Source: Eledone cirrhosa
Taxonomy: Eukaryota
Assembly: GCA_964016885.1 (NCBI GenBank)
Contig: OZ024740.1
Coordinates: 440,200,001-440,264,000, forward strand
Reading direction: 5' to 3'
Length of the DNA: 64,000 bases
Position numbers and translations under genes: made by a program. How positions within the stretch are numbered: position 1 is the first letter of the stretch; the number at the start of each line of letters is the position of its first letter. This document shows positions 30,001-45,000 of this stretch, piece by piece. The notes under the pieces are model-generated. The model was given only the letters and a program-made list of their open reading frames with translations, made no database searches and had not been told where the DNA came from.

Positions 30001-33000
30001 TATATGTAATATAGACTGGGGTTAATTTCAGTGATTATATGTAATATAGACTAGAGTTAATTTCAGTGATTATATGTAATATAGACTGGGGTAAATTTCA
30101 GTGATTATATGTAATATATGCTGGGGTTAATTTCAGTGATTATATGTAATATAGACTGGGGTTAATTTCAGTGTTTATATGTAATATATGCTGGGGTTAA
30201 TTTCAGTGATTATATGTAATATAGGATGGGGTTAATTTCAATGATTATATGTAATATAGACTGGGGTTAATTTCAGTGATTATATGTAACATAGATGGGG
30301 TTAATTTCAATGATTATATGTAATATAGACTGGGGTTAATTTCAGTGATTATATGTAATATATGCAGGGGTTAATTTCAGTGATTATATGTAATATAGAC
30401 TGGGGTTAATTTCAGTGATTATATGTAATATAGACTAGAGTTAATTTCAGTGATTATATGTAATATAGACTGGGGTAAATTTCAGTGATTATATGTAATA
30501 TAGGATGGGGTTAATTTCAGTGATTATATGTAATATAGACCAGGGTTAATTTCAGTGATTATATGTAATATAGACTGGGTTTAATTTCAGTGATTATATG
30601 TAATATAGGATGTGGTTAATTTCAGTGATTATATGTAATAAAGGATGTGGTTAATTTCAGTGATTATATGTAATATAGGATGGGATTAATTTCATTGATT
30701 ATATGTAATTTAGACTGGGGTTAATTTCAGTGATTATATGTAATATAGACTGGGGTTAATTTCAATGATTATATGTAATATAGACTGGGGTTAATTTCAG
30801 TGATTATATGTAATATAGACTGGGGTTAATTTCAGTGATTATATGTAATATATGCTGGGGTTAATTTCAGTGATTATATGTAATATAGGATGGGGTTAAT
30901 TTCAGTGACTATATGTAATATAGACTGGGATTAATTTCAGTGATTATATGTAATATAGACTGGGGTTAATTTCAGTGATTATATATAATATATGCTGCGG
31001 TTAATTTCAGTGATTATATGTAATATAGACTAGAGTTAATTTCAGTGATTATATGTAATATAGACTGGGGTTAATTTCAATGATTATATATAATATAGGA
31101 TAGGGTTAATATCAGTGATTATATTTAATATCGGATGGGGTTAATTTCAGTGATTATATGTAATATAGACTAGAGTTAATTTCAGTGATTATATGTAATA
31201 TAGACTGGGGTTAATTTCAATGATTATATATAATATAGGATAGGGTTAATATCAGTGATTATATTTAATATCGGATGGGGTTAATTTCAGTGATTATATG
31301 TAATATAGACTGGGGTTAATTTCAGTGATTATATGTAATATAGACTGTGGTTAATTTCAATGATCATATATAATATAGGATGGGGTTAGTTTCTGTGATT
31401 ATATGTAATATAGGATGGGGTTAATTTCATTGATTATATGTAATATAGGATGGGGTTAATTTCAGTGATTATATTTAATATAGACTAGGGTTAATTTCAG
31501 TAATTATATGTAATATAGGCTGGGTTAATTTCAACAATTATATATAATATAGACTAGAGTTAATTTCAGTGATTATATGTAATATAGACTAGGGTTAATT
31601 TCAGTGATTATATGTAATATAGACTGCGGTTAATTTCAGTGATTATATGTAATATAGACTGGGATTAATTTCAGTGATTATATGTAATATAGACTGCGGT
31701 TAATTTCAGTGATTATATGTAATATAGACTGGGATTAATTTCAGTGATTATATGTAATATAGACTGCGGTTAATTTCAGTGATTATATGTAATATAGACT
31801 GGGATAAATTTCAGTGATTATATGTAATATAGGATGGGGTTAATTTCAGTGATTATATGTAATAAAGACTGGGTTAATTTCAGTGATTATATGTAATATA
31901 TGCTGGGGTTAATTTCAGTGATTATATGTAATATAGACTGGGGTTAATTTCAGTGGTTATATGTAATATATGCTGGGGTTAATTTCAGTGATTATATGTA
32001 ATATAGGATGGGTTTAATTTCAGTGATTATATGTAATATAGACTGGGGTTAATTTCAGTGATTATATGTAATATAGACTGGGGTTAATTTCAGTGATTAT
32101 ATGTAACATAGATGGGGTTAATTTCAATGATTATATGTAATATAGACTGGGGTTAATTTCAGTGATTATATGTAATATATGCTGGGGTTAATTTCAGTGA
32201 TTATATGTAATATAGACTGGGGTTAATTTCAGTGATTATATGTAATATAGACTAGAGTTAATTTCAGTGATTATATGTAATATAGACTGGGGTAAATTTC
32301 AGTGATTATATGTAATATATGCTGGGGTTAATTTCAGTAATTATATGTAATATAGACTGGGGTTAATTTCAGTGGTTATATGTAATATATGCTGGGGTTA
32401 ATTCCAGTGATTATATGTAATATAGGATGGGGTTAATTTCAGTGATTATATGTAATATAGACTGGGGTTAATTTCAGTGATTATATGTAACATAGATGGG
32501 GTTAATTTCAATGATTATATGTAATATAGACTGGGGTTAATTTCAGTGATTATATGTAATATATGCTAGGGTTAATTTCAGTGATTATATGTAATATAGA
32601 CAAGAGTTAAATTCAGTGATTATATGTAATATAGACTGGGGTTAATTTCAGTGATTATATGCAATATAGGATGGGGTTAATTTCAGTGATTATATGTAAT
32701 ATAGTCTAGGGTTAATTTCAGTGATTATATGTAATATAGACTGGGGTTAATTTCAGTGATTATACGTAATATAGGATGTGGTTAATTTCAGTGATTATAT
32801 GTAATAAAGGATGGGATTAATTTCAGTGATTATATGTAATATAGACTGGGGTTAATTTCAGTGATTTTACGTAATATAGGATGTGGTTAATTTCAGTGAT
32901 TATATGTAATATAGGATGGGATTAATTTCAGTGATTATATGTAATATAGACTGGGGTTAATTTCAGTGATTATATGTAATATAGACTGGGGTTAATTTCA

Positions 33001-36000
33001 ATAATTATATGTAATATAGACTGGGGTTAATTTCAGTGATTATATGTAATATAGACTGGGGTTAATTTCAGTGATTATATGTAACATATGCTGGGGTTAA
33101 TTTCAGTGATTATATGTAATATAGGATGGGGTTAATTTCAGTGACTATATGTAATATAGACTGGGATTAATTTCAGTGATTATATGTAATATAGACTGGG
33201 GTTAATTTCAGTGATTATATGTAATATATGCTGCGGTTAATTTCAGTGATTATATGTAATATAGGATGGGGTTAATTTCAGTGATTATATGTAATATAGA
33301 CTGGGGTTAATTTCAGTGATTATATGTAATATAGGATGGGGTTAATTTCAGTGATTATATGTAATATAGACTGGGGTAAATTTCAGTGATTATATGTAAT
33401 ATAGGATGGGGTTAATTTCAGTGATTATATGTAATATAGACTAGGGTTAATTTCAGTGATTATATGTAATATAGACCGGGGTTAATTTCAGTGATTATAT
33501 GTAATATATGATGTGGTTAATTTCAGTTTTTATATGTAATAATGACTGGGGTTAATTTCAGTGATTATATGTAATATAGGATGGGATTAATTTCAGTGAT
33601 TATATGTAATATAGACTGGGGTTAATTTCAGTGATTATATGCAATATAGACTGGGGTCAATTTCAATGATTATAAGTAATATAGACTGCGGTTATTTTCA
33701 GTGATTATATGTAATATAGACTGGGGTTAATTTCAGTGATTATATGTAATATATGCTGGGGTTAATTTCAGTGATTATATGTAATATAGGATGGGGTTAA
33801 TTTCAGTGATTATATGTAATATAGATTGGAGTTAATTTCAGTGATTATATGTAATATATGCTGGGGTTAATTTCAGTGATTATATGTAATATAGGATGGG
33901 GTTAATTTGAGTGATTATATGTAATATAGACTGGGGTTAATTTCAGTGATTATATGTAACATAGACAGGGGTTAATTTCAATGATTATATGTAATATAGA
34001 CTGGGGTTAATTTCAGTGATTATATGTAATATAGACTGGGGTTAATTTCAGTGATTATATGTAATATATGCTGGGGTTAATTTCAGTGATTATATGTAAT
34101 ATAGGATGGGGTTAATTTCAGTGATTATATGTAATATAGATTGGAGTTAATTTCAGTGATTATATGTAATTTATGCTGGGGTTAATTTCAGTGATTATAT
34201 GTAATATAGGATGGGGTTAATTTGAGTGATTATATGTAATATAGACTGGGGTTAATTTCAGTGATTATATGTAAAATAGACAGGGGTTAATTTCAATGAT
34301 TATATGTAATATAGACTGGGGTTAATTTCAATGATTATATATAATATAGGATAGGGTTAATTTCAGTGATTATATTTAATATCGGATGGGGTTAATTTCA
34401 GTGATTATATGTGATATAGACTAGAGTTAATTTCAGTGATTATATGTAATATAGACTGGGGTAAATTTCAGTGATTATATGTAATATAGGATGGGGTTAA
34501 TTTCAGTGATTATATGTAATATAGACTGGGGTTAATTTCAGTGAGTATATGTAATATAGGATGGGGTTAATTTCTGTGATTATATGTAATAAAGACTGGG
34601 GTTAATTTCAGTGATTATATGTAATATAGACTGGCGTTAATTTCAGTGATTATATGTAATATAGACTGGGGTTAATTTCAATGATTATATGTAATATAGA
34701 CTGGGGTTAATTTCAGTTATTATATGTAATATAGACTGGGGTTAATTTCAGTGATTATATGTAATATAGGATGGGGTTAATTTCAGTGATTATATGTAAT
34801 ATAGGATGGGGTTAATTTCAGTGATTATATGTAATGTAGCCTAGGTTTAATTTCAGGGATTATATGTAATATATACTGGGGTTAATTTCAGTGATTATAT
34901 GTAATATAGACTGGGGTTAATTTCAGTGATTATATGTAATATAGGATGGGGTAAATTTCAGTGATTATATGTAATATAGGATGGGGTTAATTTCAGTGAT
35001 TATATGTAATATAGACTGGGGTTAATTTCAGTGATTATATGTAATATAGGATGGGGTTAATTTCAGTGATTATATGTAATATAGACTGGGTTTAATTTCA
35101 GTGATTATATGTAATATAGGATGGGGTTAATTTCAGTGATTATATGTAATATAGACTGGGGTTAATTTCAGTGATTATATGTAATATAGACTGGGGTTAA
35201 TTTCAGTGATTATATGTAATATAGACTGGGGTTAATTTCAGTGATTATATGTAATATAGGATGGGGTTAATTTCAGTGATTATATGTAATATAGGATGGG
35301 GTTAATTTCAGTGATTATATGTAATGTAGCCTAGGTTTAATTTCAGGGATTATATGTAATATATACTGGGGTTAATTTCAGTGATTATATGTAATATAGA
35401 CTGGGGTTAATTTCAGTGATTATATGTAATATAGGATGGGGTTAATTTCAGTGATTATATGTAATATAGGATGGGGTTAATTTCAGTGATTATATGTAAT
35501 GTAGCCTAGGTTTAATTTCAGTGATTATATGTAATATAGATGGGGTTAATTTCAGTGATTATATGTAATATAGACTGGGGTTAATTTCAATTAATATATA
35601 TAATATAGGATGGGGTTAATTTCTGGGATTATATGTAATATAGGATGGGGTTAATTTCAGTGATTATATGTAATATAGACTGGGGTTAATTTCAGTGATT
35701 ATATTTAATATAGGATGGGGTTAATTTCAGTGTTTATATGTAATATAGGATGGGGTTAATTTCAGTGATTATATGTAATATAGACTGGGGTTAATTTCAG
35801 TGATTATATGTAATATAGGATGGGTTTAATTTCAGTGATTATATGTAACATAGGATGAGGTTAATTTAAGTGATTATATGTAATATAGGATGGGGTTAAT
35901 TTCAGTGATTATATGTAATATATGCTGGGTTAATTTCTGTGATTATATGTAATAGAGGATGGGCTTCATTTCAGTGATTATATCTAATATAGGATAGGGA

Positions 36001-39000
36001 TAATATGAGTGATTATATGTAATATAGGATGGGGTTAATTTCAGTTTTTATATGTAATAATGACTGGGGTTAATTTCAGTGATTATATGTAATATAGGAT
36101 GGGATTAATTTCAGTGATTATATGTAATATAGACTGGGGTTAATTTCAGTGATTATATGCAATATAGACTGGGGTCAATTTCAATGATTATAAGTAATAT
36201 AGACTGCGGTTATTTTCAGTGATTATATGTAATATAGACTGGGGTTAATTTCAGTGATTATATGTAATATATGCTGGGGTTAATTTCAGTGATTATATGT
36301 AATATAGGATGGGGTTAATTTCAGTGATTATATGTAATATAGATTGGAGTTAATTTCAGTGATTATATGTAATATATGCTGGGGTTAATTTCAGTGATTA
36401 TATGTAATATAGGATGGGGTTAATTTGAGTGATTATATGTAATATAGACTGGGGTTAATTTCAGTGATTATACGTAACATAGACTGGGGTTAATTTCAAT
36501 GATTATATGTAATATAGACTGGGGTTAATTTCAGTGATTATATGTAATATAGACTGGGGTTAATTTCAGTGATTATATGTAATATATGCTGGGGTTAATT
36601 TCAGTGATTGTATGTAATATAGACTGGGGTTAATTTCAGTGATTTTATCTAATATAGACTAGAGTTAATTTCAGTAATTATATGTAACATAGACTAGGGT
36701 TAATTTCAGTGATTATATGTAATATAGACTGGGGTTAATTTCAATGATTATATATAATATAGGATAGGGTTAATTTCAGTGATTATATTTAATATCGGAT
36801 GGGGTTAATTTCAGTGATTATATGTGATATAGACTAGAGTTAATTTCAGTGATTATATGTAATATAGACTGGGGTAAATTTCAGTGATTATATGTAATAT
36901 AGGATTGGGTAAATTTCAGTGATTATATGTAATATAGACTAGGGTTAATTTCAGTGATTATATGTAATATAGACTGGGGTTAATTTCAGTGAGTATATGT
37001 AATATAGGATGGGGTTAATTTCTGTGATTATATGTAATAAAGACTGGGGTTAATTTCAGTGATTATATGTAATATAGACTGGCGTTAATTTCAGTGATTA
37101 TATGTAATATAGACTGGGGTTAATTTCAATGATTATATGTAATATAGACTGGGGTTAATTTCAGTGATTATATGTAATATAGACTGGGGTTAATTTCAGT
37201 GATTATATGTAATATAGACTGGGTTAATTTCAGTGATTATATGTAATATAGACTGGGTTAATTTCAGTGATTATATGTAATATAGGATGGGGTTAATTTC
37301 AGTGATTAAATGTAATATAGACTGGGGTTCATTTCAGTGATTATATTTAATATAGGATGGGGTTAATTTCAGTGATTATATGTAATATAGACTGGGGTAA
37401 ATTTCAGTGATTATATGTAATATAGACTGGGGTTAATTTCAGTGATTATATGTAATATATGCTGGGGTTAATTTCAGTGATTATATGTAATATAGGATGG
37501 GGTTAATTTCAGTGATTATATGTAATATAGACTGGGGTTAATTTCAGTGATTATATGTAATATAGGATGGGTTTAATTTCAGTGATTATATGTAACATAG
37601 GATGAGGTTAATTTAAGTGATTATATGTAATATAGGATGGGGTTAATTTCAGTGATTATATGTAATATATGCTGGGTTAATTTCTGTGATTATATGTAAT
37701 AGAGGATGGGCTTCATTTCAGTGATTATATCTAATATAGGATGGGGATAATATGAGTGATTATATGTAATATAGGATGGGGTTCATTTGAGTGATTATAT
37801 GTAATATAGACTGGGGTTAATTTCAGTGATTATATGTAATATATGCTGGGGTTAATTTCAGTAATTATATGTAATATAGAATGGGGTTAATTTCAGTGAT
37901 TATATGTAATATAGAATGGGGTTAATTTCAGTGATTATATGTCATATAGCCTAGATTTAATTTCAGTGATTATATGTAATATAGACTGGGGTTAATTTCA
38001 GTGATTATATGTAATATATGCTGAGGTTAATTTCCCGTGATTATATGTAATAAAGGATGTGGTTAATTTCAGTGATTATATGTAATATAGGATGGGGTTA
38101 ATTTCAGTGATTATATGTAATATAGGATGGGGTTAATTCCAGTGATTATATGTAATATAGACTGGGGTTAATTTCAGTGATTATATGTAATATATGCTGA
38201 GGTTAATTTCCGTGATTATATGTAATAAAGGATGTGGTTAATTTCAGTGATTATATGTAATATAGGATGGGGTTAATTTCAGTGATTATATGTCATATAG
38301 CCTAGATTTAATATCAGTGATTATATGTAATATAGACTAGGTTTAATTTCAGTGATTATATGTTATATAGACTGGGATTAATTTCAGTGATTATATGTAA
38401 TATAGACAGGGGTTAATTTCAGTGATTATATGTAATATAGACTGGGGTTAATTTCAGTGATTATATGTAATATAGACTGGGGTTAATTTCAGTGATTATA
38501 TGTAATATAGACTGGGGTTAATTTCACTGATTATATGTAATATAGACTGGGGTTAATTTCAGTGATTATATGTAATATAGACTGGGGTTAATTTCAGTGA
38601 TTATATGTAACATATGCTGGGGTTAATTTCAGTGATTATATGTAATATAGACTGGGATTAATTTCAGTGATTATATGTAATATAGACTGGGGTTAATTTC
38701 AGTGATTATATGTAATATATGCTGCGGTTAATTTCAGTGATTATATGTAATATAGACTAGGGTTAATTTCAGTGATTATATGTAATATAGGATGGGGTTA
38801 ATTTCAGTGATTATATGTAATATAGGATGGGGTTAATTTCAGTGATTATATGTAATATAGACTGGGGTTAATTTCAGTGATTATATGTAATATAGACCGG
38901 GGTTAATTTCAGTGATTATATGTAATATAGGATGGGGTTAATTTCAGTGATTATATGTAATATAGGCTAGGGTTAATTTCAGTGATTATATGTAATATAG

Positions 39001-42000
39001 GATGGGGTTAATTTCAGTGATTATATGTAATATAGGATGGGGTTAATTTCAGTGATTATATGTAATATAGACTAGGGTTAATTTCAGTGATTATATGTAA
39101 TATAGGATGGGGTTAATTTCAGTGATTATATGTAATATAGAATGGGGTTAATTTCAGTGATTATATGTAATATAGACTAGGGTTAATTTCAGTGATTATA
39201 TGTAATATAGACCGGGGTTAATTTCAGTGATTATATGTAATATAGGATGTGGTTAATTTCAGTTTTTATATGTAATAATGACTGGGGTTAATTTCAGTGA
39301 TTATATGTAATATAGGATGGGATTAATTTCAGTGATTATATGTAATATAGACTGGGGTTAATTTCAGTGATTATATGTAATATAGACTGGGGTCAATTTC
39401 AATGATTATAAGTAATATAGACTGGGGTTATTTTCAGTGATTATATGTAATATAGACTGGGGTTAATTTCAGTGATTATATGTAATATATGCTGGGGTTA
39501 ATTTCAGTGATTATATGTAATATAGGATGGGGTTAATTTCAGTGATTATATGTAATATAGATTGGAGTTAATTTCAGTGATTATATGTAATATATGCTGG
39601 GGTTAATTTCAGTGATTATATGTAATATAGGATGGGGTTAATTTCAGTGATTATATGTAATATAGACTGGGGTTAATTTCAGTGATTATATGTAACATAG
39701 ACAGGGGTTAATTTCAATGATTATATGTAATATAGACTGGGGTTAATTTCAGTGATTATATGTAATATAGACTGGGGTTAATTTCAGTGATTATATGTAA
39801 TATATGCTGGGGTTAATTTCAGTGATTATATGTAATATAGGATGGGGTTAATTTCAGTGATTATATGTAATATAGATTGGAGTTAATTTCAGTGATTATA
39901 TGTAATTTATGCTGGGGTTAATTTCAGTGATTATATGTAATATAGGATGGGGTTAATTTGAGTGATTATATGTAATATAGACTGGGGTTAATTTCAGTGA
40001 TTATATGTAAAATAGACAGGGGTTAATTTCAATGATTATATGTAATATAGACTGGGGTTAATTTCAATGATTATATATAATATAGGATAGGGTTAATTTC
40101 AGTGATTATATTTAATATCGGATGGGGTTAATTTCAGTGATTATATGTGATATAGACTAGAGTTAATTTCAGTGATTATATGTAATATAGACTGGGGTAA
40201 ATTTCAGTGATTATATGTAATATAGGATGGGGTTAATTTCAGTGATTATATGTAATATAGACTGGGGTTAATTTCAGTGAGTATATGTAATATAGGATGG
40301 GGTTAATTTCTGTGATTATATGTAATAAAGACTGGGGTTAATTTCAGTGATTATATGTAATATAGACTGGCGTTAATTTCAGTGATTATATGTAATATAG
40401 ACTGGGGTTAATTTCAATGATTATATGTAATATAGACTGGGGTTAATTTCAGTTATTATATGTAATATAGACTGGGGTTAATTTCAGTGATTATATGTAA
40501 TATAGACTGGGTTTAATTTCAGTGATTATATGTAATATATAGTGGGGTTAATTTCAGTGATTATATGTAATATAGACTGGGGTTAATTTCAGTGATTATA
40601 TGTAATATAGGATGGGGTTAATTTCAGTGATTATATGTAATATAGCATGGGGTTAATTTCAGTGATTATATGTAATGTAGCCTAGGTTTAATTTCAGGGA
40701 TTATATGTAATATATACTGGGGTTAATTTCAGTGATTATATGTAATATAGACTGGGGTTAATTTCAGTGATTATATGTAATATAGGATGGGGTAAATTTC
40801 AGTGATTATATGTAATATAGGATGGGGTTAATTTCAGTGATTATATGTAATATAGACTGGGGTTAATTTCAGTGATTATATGTAATATAGGATGGGGTTA
40901 ATTTCAGTGATTATATGTAATATAGACTGGGTTTAATTTCAGTGATTATATGTAATATAGGATGGGGTTAATTTCAGTGATTATATGTAATATAGACTGG
41001 GGTTAATTTCAGTGATTATATGTAATATAGACTGGGGTTAATTTCAGTGATTATATGTAATATAGACTGGGGTTAATTTCAGTGATTATATGTAATATAG
41101 GATGGGGTTAATTTCAGTGATTATATGTAATATAGGATGGGGTTAATTTCAGTGATTATATGTAATGTAGCCTAGGTTTAATTTCAGGGATTATATGTAA
41201 TATATACTGGGGTTAATTTCAGTGATTATATGTAATATAGACTGGGGTTAATTTCAGTGATTATATGTAATATAGGATGGGGTTAATTTCAGTGATTATA
41301 TGTAATATAGGATGGGGTTAATTTCAGTGATTATATGTAATGTAGCCTAGGTTTAATTTCAGTGATTATATGTAATATAGATGGGGTTAATTTCAGTGAT
41401 TATATGTAATATAGACTGGGGTTAATTTCAATTAATATATATAATATAGGATGGGGTTAATTTCTGGGATTATATGTAATATAGGATGGGGTTAATTTCA
41501 GTGATTATATGTAATATAGACTGGGGTTAATTTCAGTGATTATATTTAATATAGGATGGGGTTAATTTCAGTGTTTATATGTAATATAGGATGGGGTTAA
41601 TTTCAGTGATTATATGTAATATAGACTGGGGTTAATTTCAGTGATTATATGTAATATAGGATGGGTTTAATTTCAGTGATTATATGTAACATAGGATGAG
41701 GTTAATTTAAGTGATTATATGTAATATAGGATGGGGTTAATTTCAGTGATTATATGTAATATATGCTGGGTTAATTTCTGTGATTATATGTAATAGAGGA
41801 TGGGCTTCATTTCAGTGATTATATCTAATATAGGATAGGGATAATATGAGTGATTATATGTAATATAGGATGGGGTTCATTTGAGTGATTATATGTAATA
41901 TAGACTGGGGTTAATTTCAGTGATTATATGTAATATATGCTGGGGTTAATTTCAGTGATTATATGTAATATAGAATGGGGTTAATTTCAGTGATTATATG

Positions 42001-45000
42001 TAATATAGAATGGGGTTAATTTCAGTGATTATATGTCATATAGCCTAGATTTAATTTCAGTGATTATATGTAATATAGACTGGGGTTAATTTCAGTGATT
42101 ATATGTAATATATGCTGAGGTTAATTTCCCGTGATTATATGTAATAAAGGATGTGGTTAATTTCAGTGATTATATGTAATATAGGATGGGGTTAATTTCA
42201 GTGATTATATGTAATATAGGATGGGGTTAATTCCAGTGATTATATGTAATATAGACTGGGGTTAATTTCAGTGATTATATGTTATATATGCTGAGGTTAA
42301 TTTCCGTGATTATATGTAATAAAGGATGTGGTTAATTTCAGTGATTATATGTAATATAGGATGGGGTTAATTTCAGTGATTATATGTCATATAGCCTAGA
42401 TTTAATATCAGTGATTATATGTAATATAGACTAGGTTTAATTTCAGTGATTATATGTTATATAGACGGGGGTTAATTTCAGTGATTATATGTAATATAGA
42501 CTGGGGTTAATTTCAGTGATTATATGTAATATAGACTGGGGTTAATTTCAGTGATTATATGTAATATAGACTGGGGTTAATTTCAGTGATTATATGTAAT
42601 ATAGACTGGGGTTAATTTCACTGATTATATGTAATATAGACTGGGGTTAATTTCAGTGATTATATGTAATATAGACTGGGATTAATTTCAGTGATTATAT
42701 GTAACATATGCTGGGGTTAATTTCAGTGATTATATGTAATATAGAATGGGGTTAATTTCAGTGATTATATGTAACATATGCTGGGGTTAATTTCAGTGAT
42801 TATATGTAACATATGCTGGGGTTAATTTCAGTGATTATATGTAATATAGTCTGGGATTAATTTCAGTGATTATATGTAATATAGACTGGGGTTAATTTCA
42901 GTGATTATATGTAATATATGCTGCGGTTAATTTCAGTGATTATATGTAATATAGACCGGGGTTAATTTCAGTGATTATATGTAATATAGGATGGGGTTAA
43001 TTTCAGTGATTATATGTAATATAGGATGGGGTTAATTTCAGTGATTATATGTAATATAGGATGGGGTTAATTTCAGTGATTATATGTAATATAGACTAGG
43101 GTTAATTTCAGTGATTATATGTAATATAGGATGGGGTTAATTTCAGTGATTATATGTAATATAGGATGGGGTTAATTTCAGTGATTATATGTAATATAGA
43201 CTAGGGTTAATTTCAGTGATTATATGTAATATAGACCGGGGTTAATTTCAGTGATTATATGTAATATAGAATGTGGTTAATTTCAGTTTTTATATGTAAT
43301 AATGACTGGGGTTAATTTCAGTGATTATATGTAATATAGGATGGGATTAATTTCAGTGATTATATGTAATATAGACTGGGGTTAATTTCAGTGATTATAT
43401 GTAATAGAGACTGGGGTCAATTTCAATGATTATAAGTAATATAGACTGGGGTTATTTTCAGTGATTATATGTAATATAGACTGGGGTTAATTTCAGTGAT
43501 TATATGTAATATATGCTGGGGTTAATTTCAGTGATTATATGTAATATAGGATGGGGTTAATTTCAGTGATTATATGTAATATATATTGGAGTTAATTTCA
43601 GTGATTATATGTAATATATGCTGGGGTTAATTTCAGTGATTATATGTAATATAGGATGGGGTTAATTTGAGTGATTATATGTAATATAGACTGGGGTTAA
43701 TTTCAGTGATTATACGTAACATAGACTGGGGTTAATTTCAATGATTATATGTAATATAGACTGGGGTTAATTTCAGTGATTATATGTAATATAGACTGGG
43801 GTTAATTTCAGTGATTATATGTAATATATGCTGGGGTTAATTTCAGTGATTGTATGTAATATAGACTGGGGTTAATTTCAGTGATTTTATCTAATATAGA
43901 CTAGAGTTAATTTCAGTAATTATATGTAACATAGACTAGGGTTAATTTCAGTGATTATATGTAATATAGACTGGGGTTAATTTCAATGATTATATATAAT
44001 ATAGGATAGGGTTAATTTCAGTGATTATATTTAATATCGGATGGGGTTAATTTCAGTGATTATATGTGATATAGACTAGAGTTAATTTCAGTGATTATAT
44101 GTAATATAGACTGGGGTAAATTTCAGTGATTATATGTAATATAGGATTGGGTAAATTTCAGTGATTATATGTAATATAGACTAGGGTTAATTTCAGTGAT
44201 TATATGTAATATAGACTGGGGTTAATTTCAGTGAGTATATGTAATATAGGATGGGGTTAATTTCTGTGATTATATGTAATAAAGACTGGGGTTAATTTCA
44301 GTGATTATATGTAATATAGACTGGCGTTAATTTCAGTGATTATATGTAATATAGACTGGGGTTAATTTCAATGATTATATGTAATATAGACTGGGGTTAA
44401 TTTCAGTGATTATATGTAATATAGACTGGGGTTAATTTCAGTGATTATATGTAATATAGACTGGGTTAATTTCAGTGATTATATGTAATATAGACTGGGT
44501 TAATTTCAGTGATTATATGTAATATAGGATGGGGTTAATTTCAGTGATTAAATGTAATATAGACTGGGGTTCATTTCAGTGATTATATTTAATATAGGAT
44601 GGGGTTAATTTCAGTGATTATATGTAATATAGACTGGGGTAAATTTCAGTGATTATATGTAATATAGACTGGGGTTAATTTCAGTGATTATATGTAATAT
44701 ATGCTGGGGTTAATTTCAGTGATTATATGTAATATAGGATGGGGTTAATTTCAGTGATTATATGTAATATAGACTGGGGTTAATTTCAGTGATTATATGT
44801 AATATAGGATGGGTTTAATTTCAGTGATTATATGTAACATAGGATGAGGTTAATTTAAGTGATTATATGTAATATAGGATGGGGTTAATTTCAGTGATTA
44901 TATGTAATATATGCTGGGTTAATTTCTGTGATTATATGTAATAGAGGATGGGCTTCATTTCAGTGATTATATCTAATATAGGATGGGGATAATATGAGTG

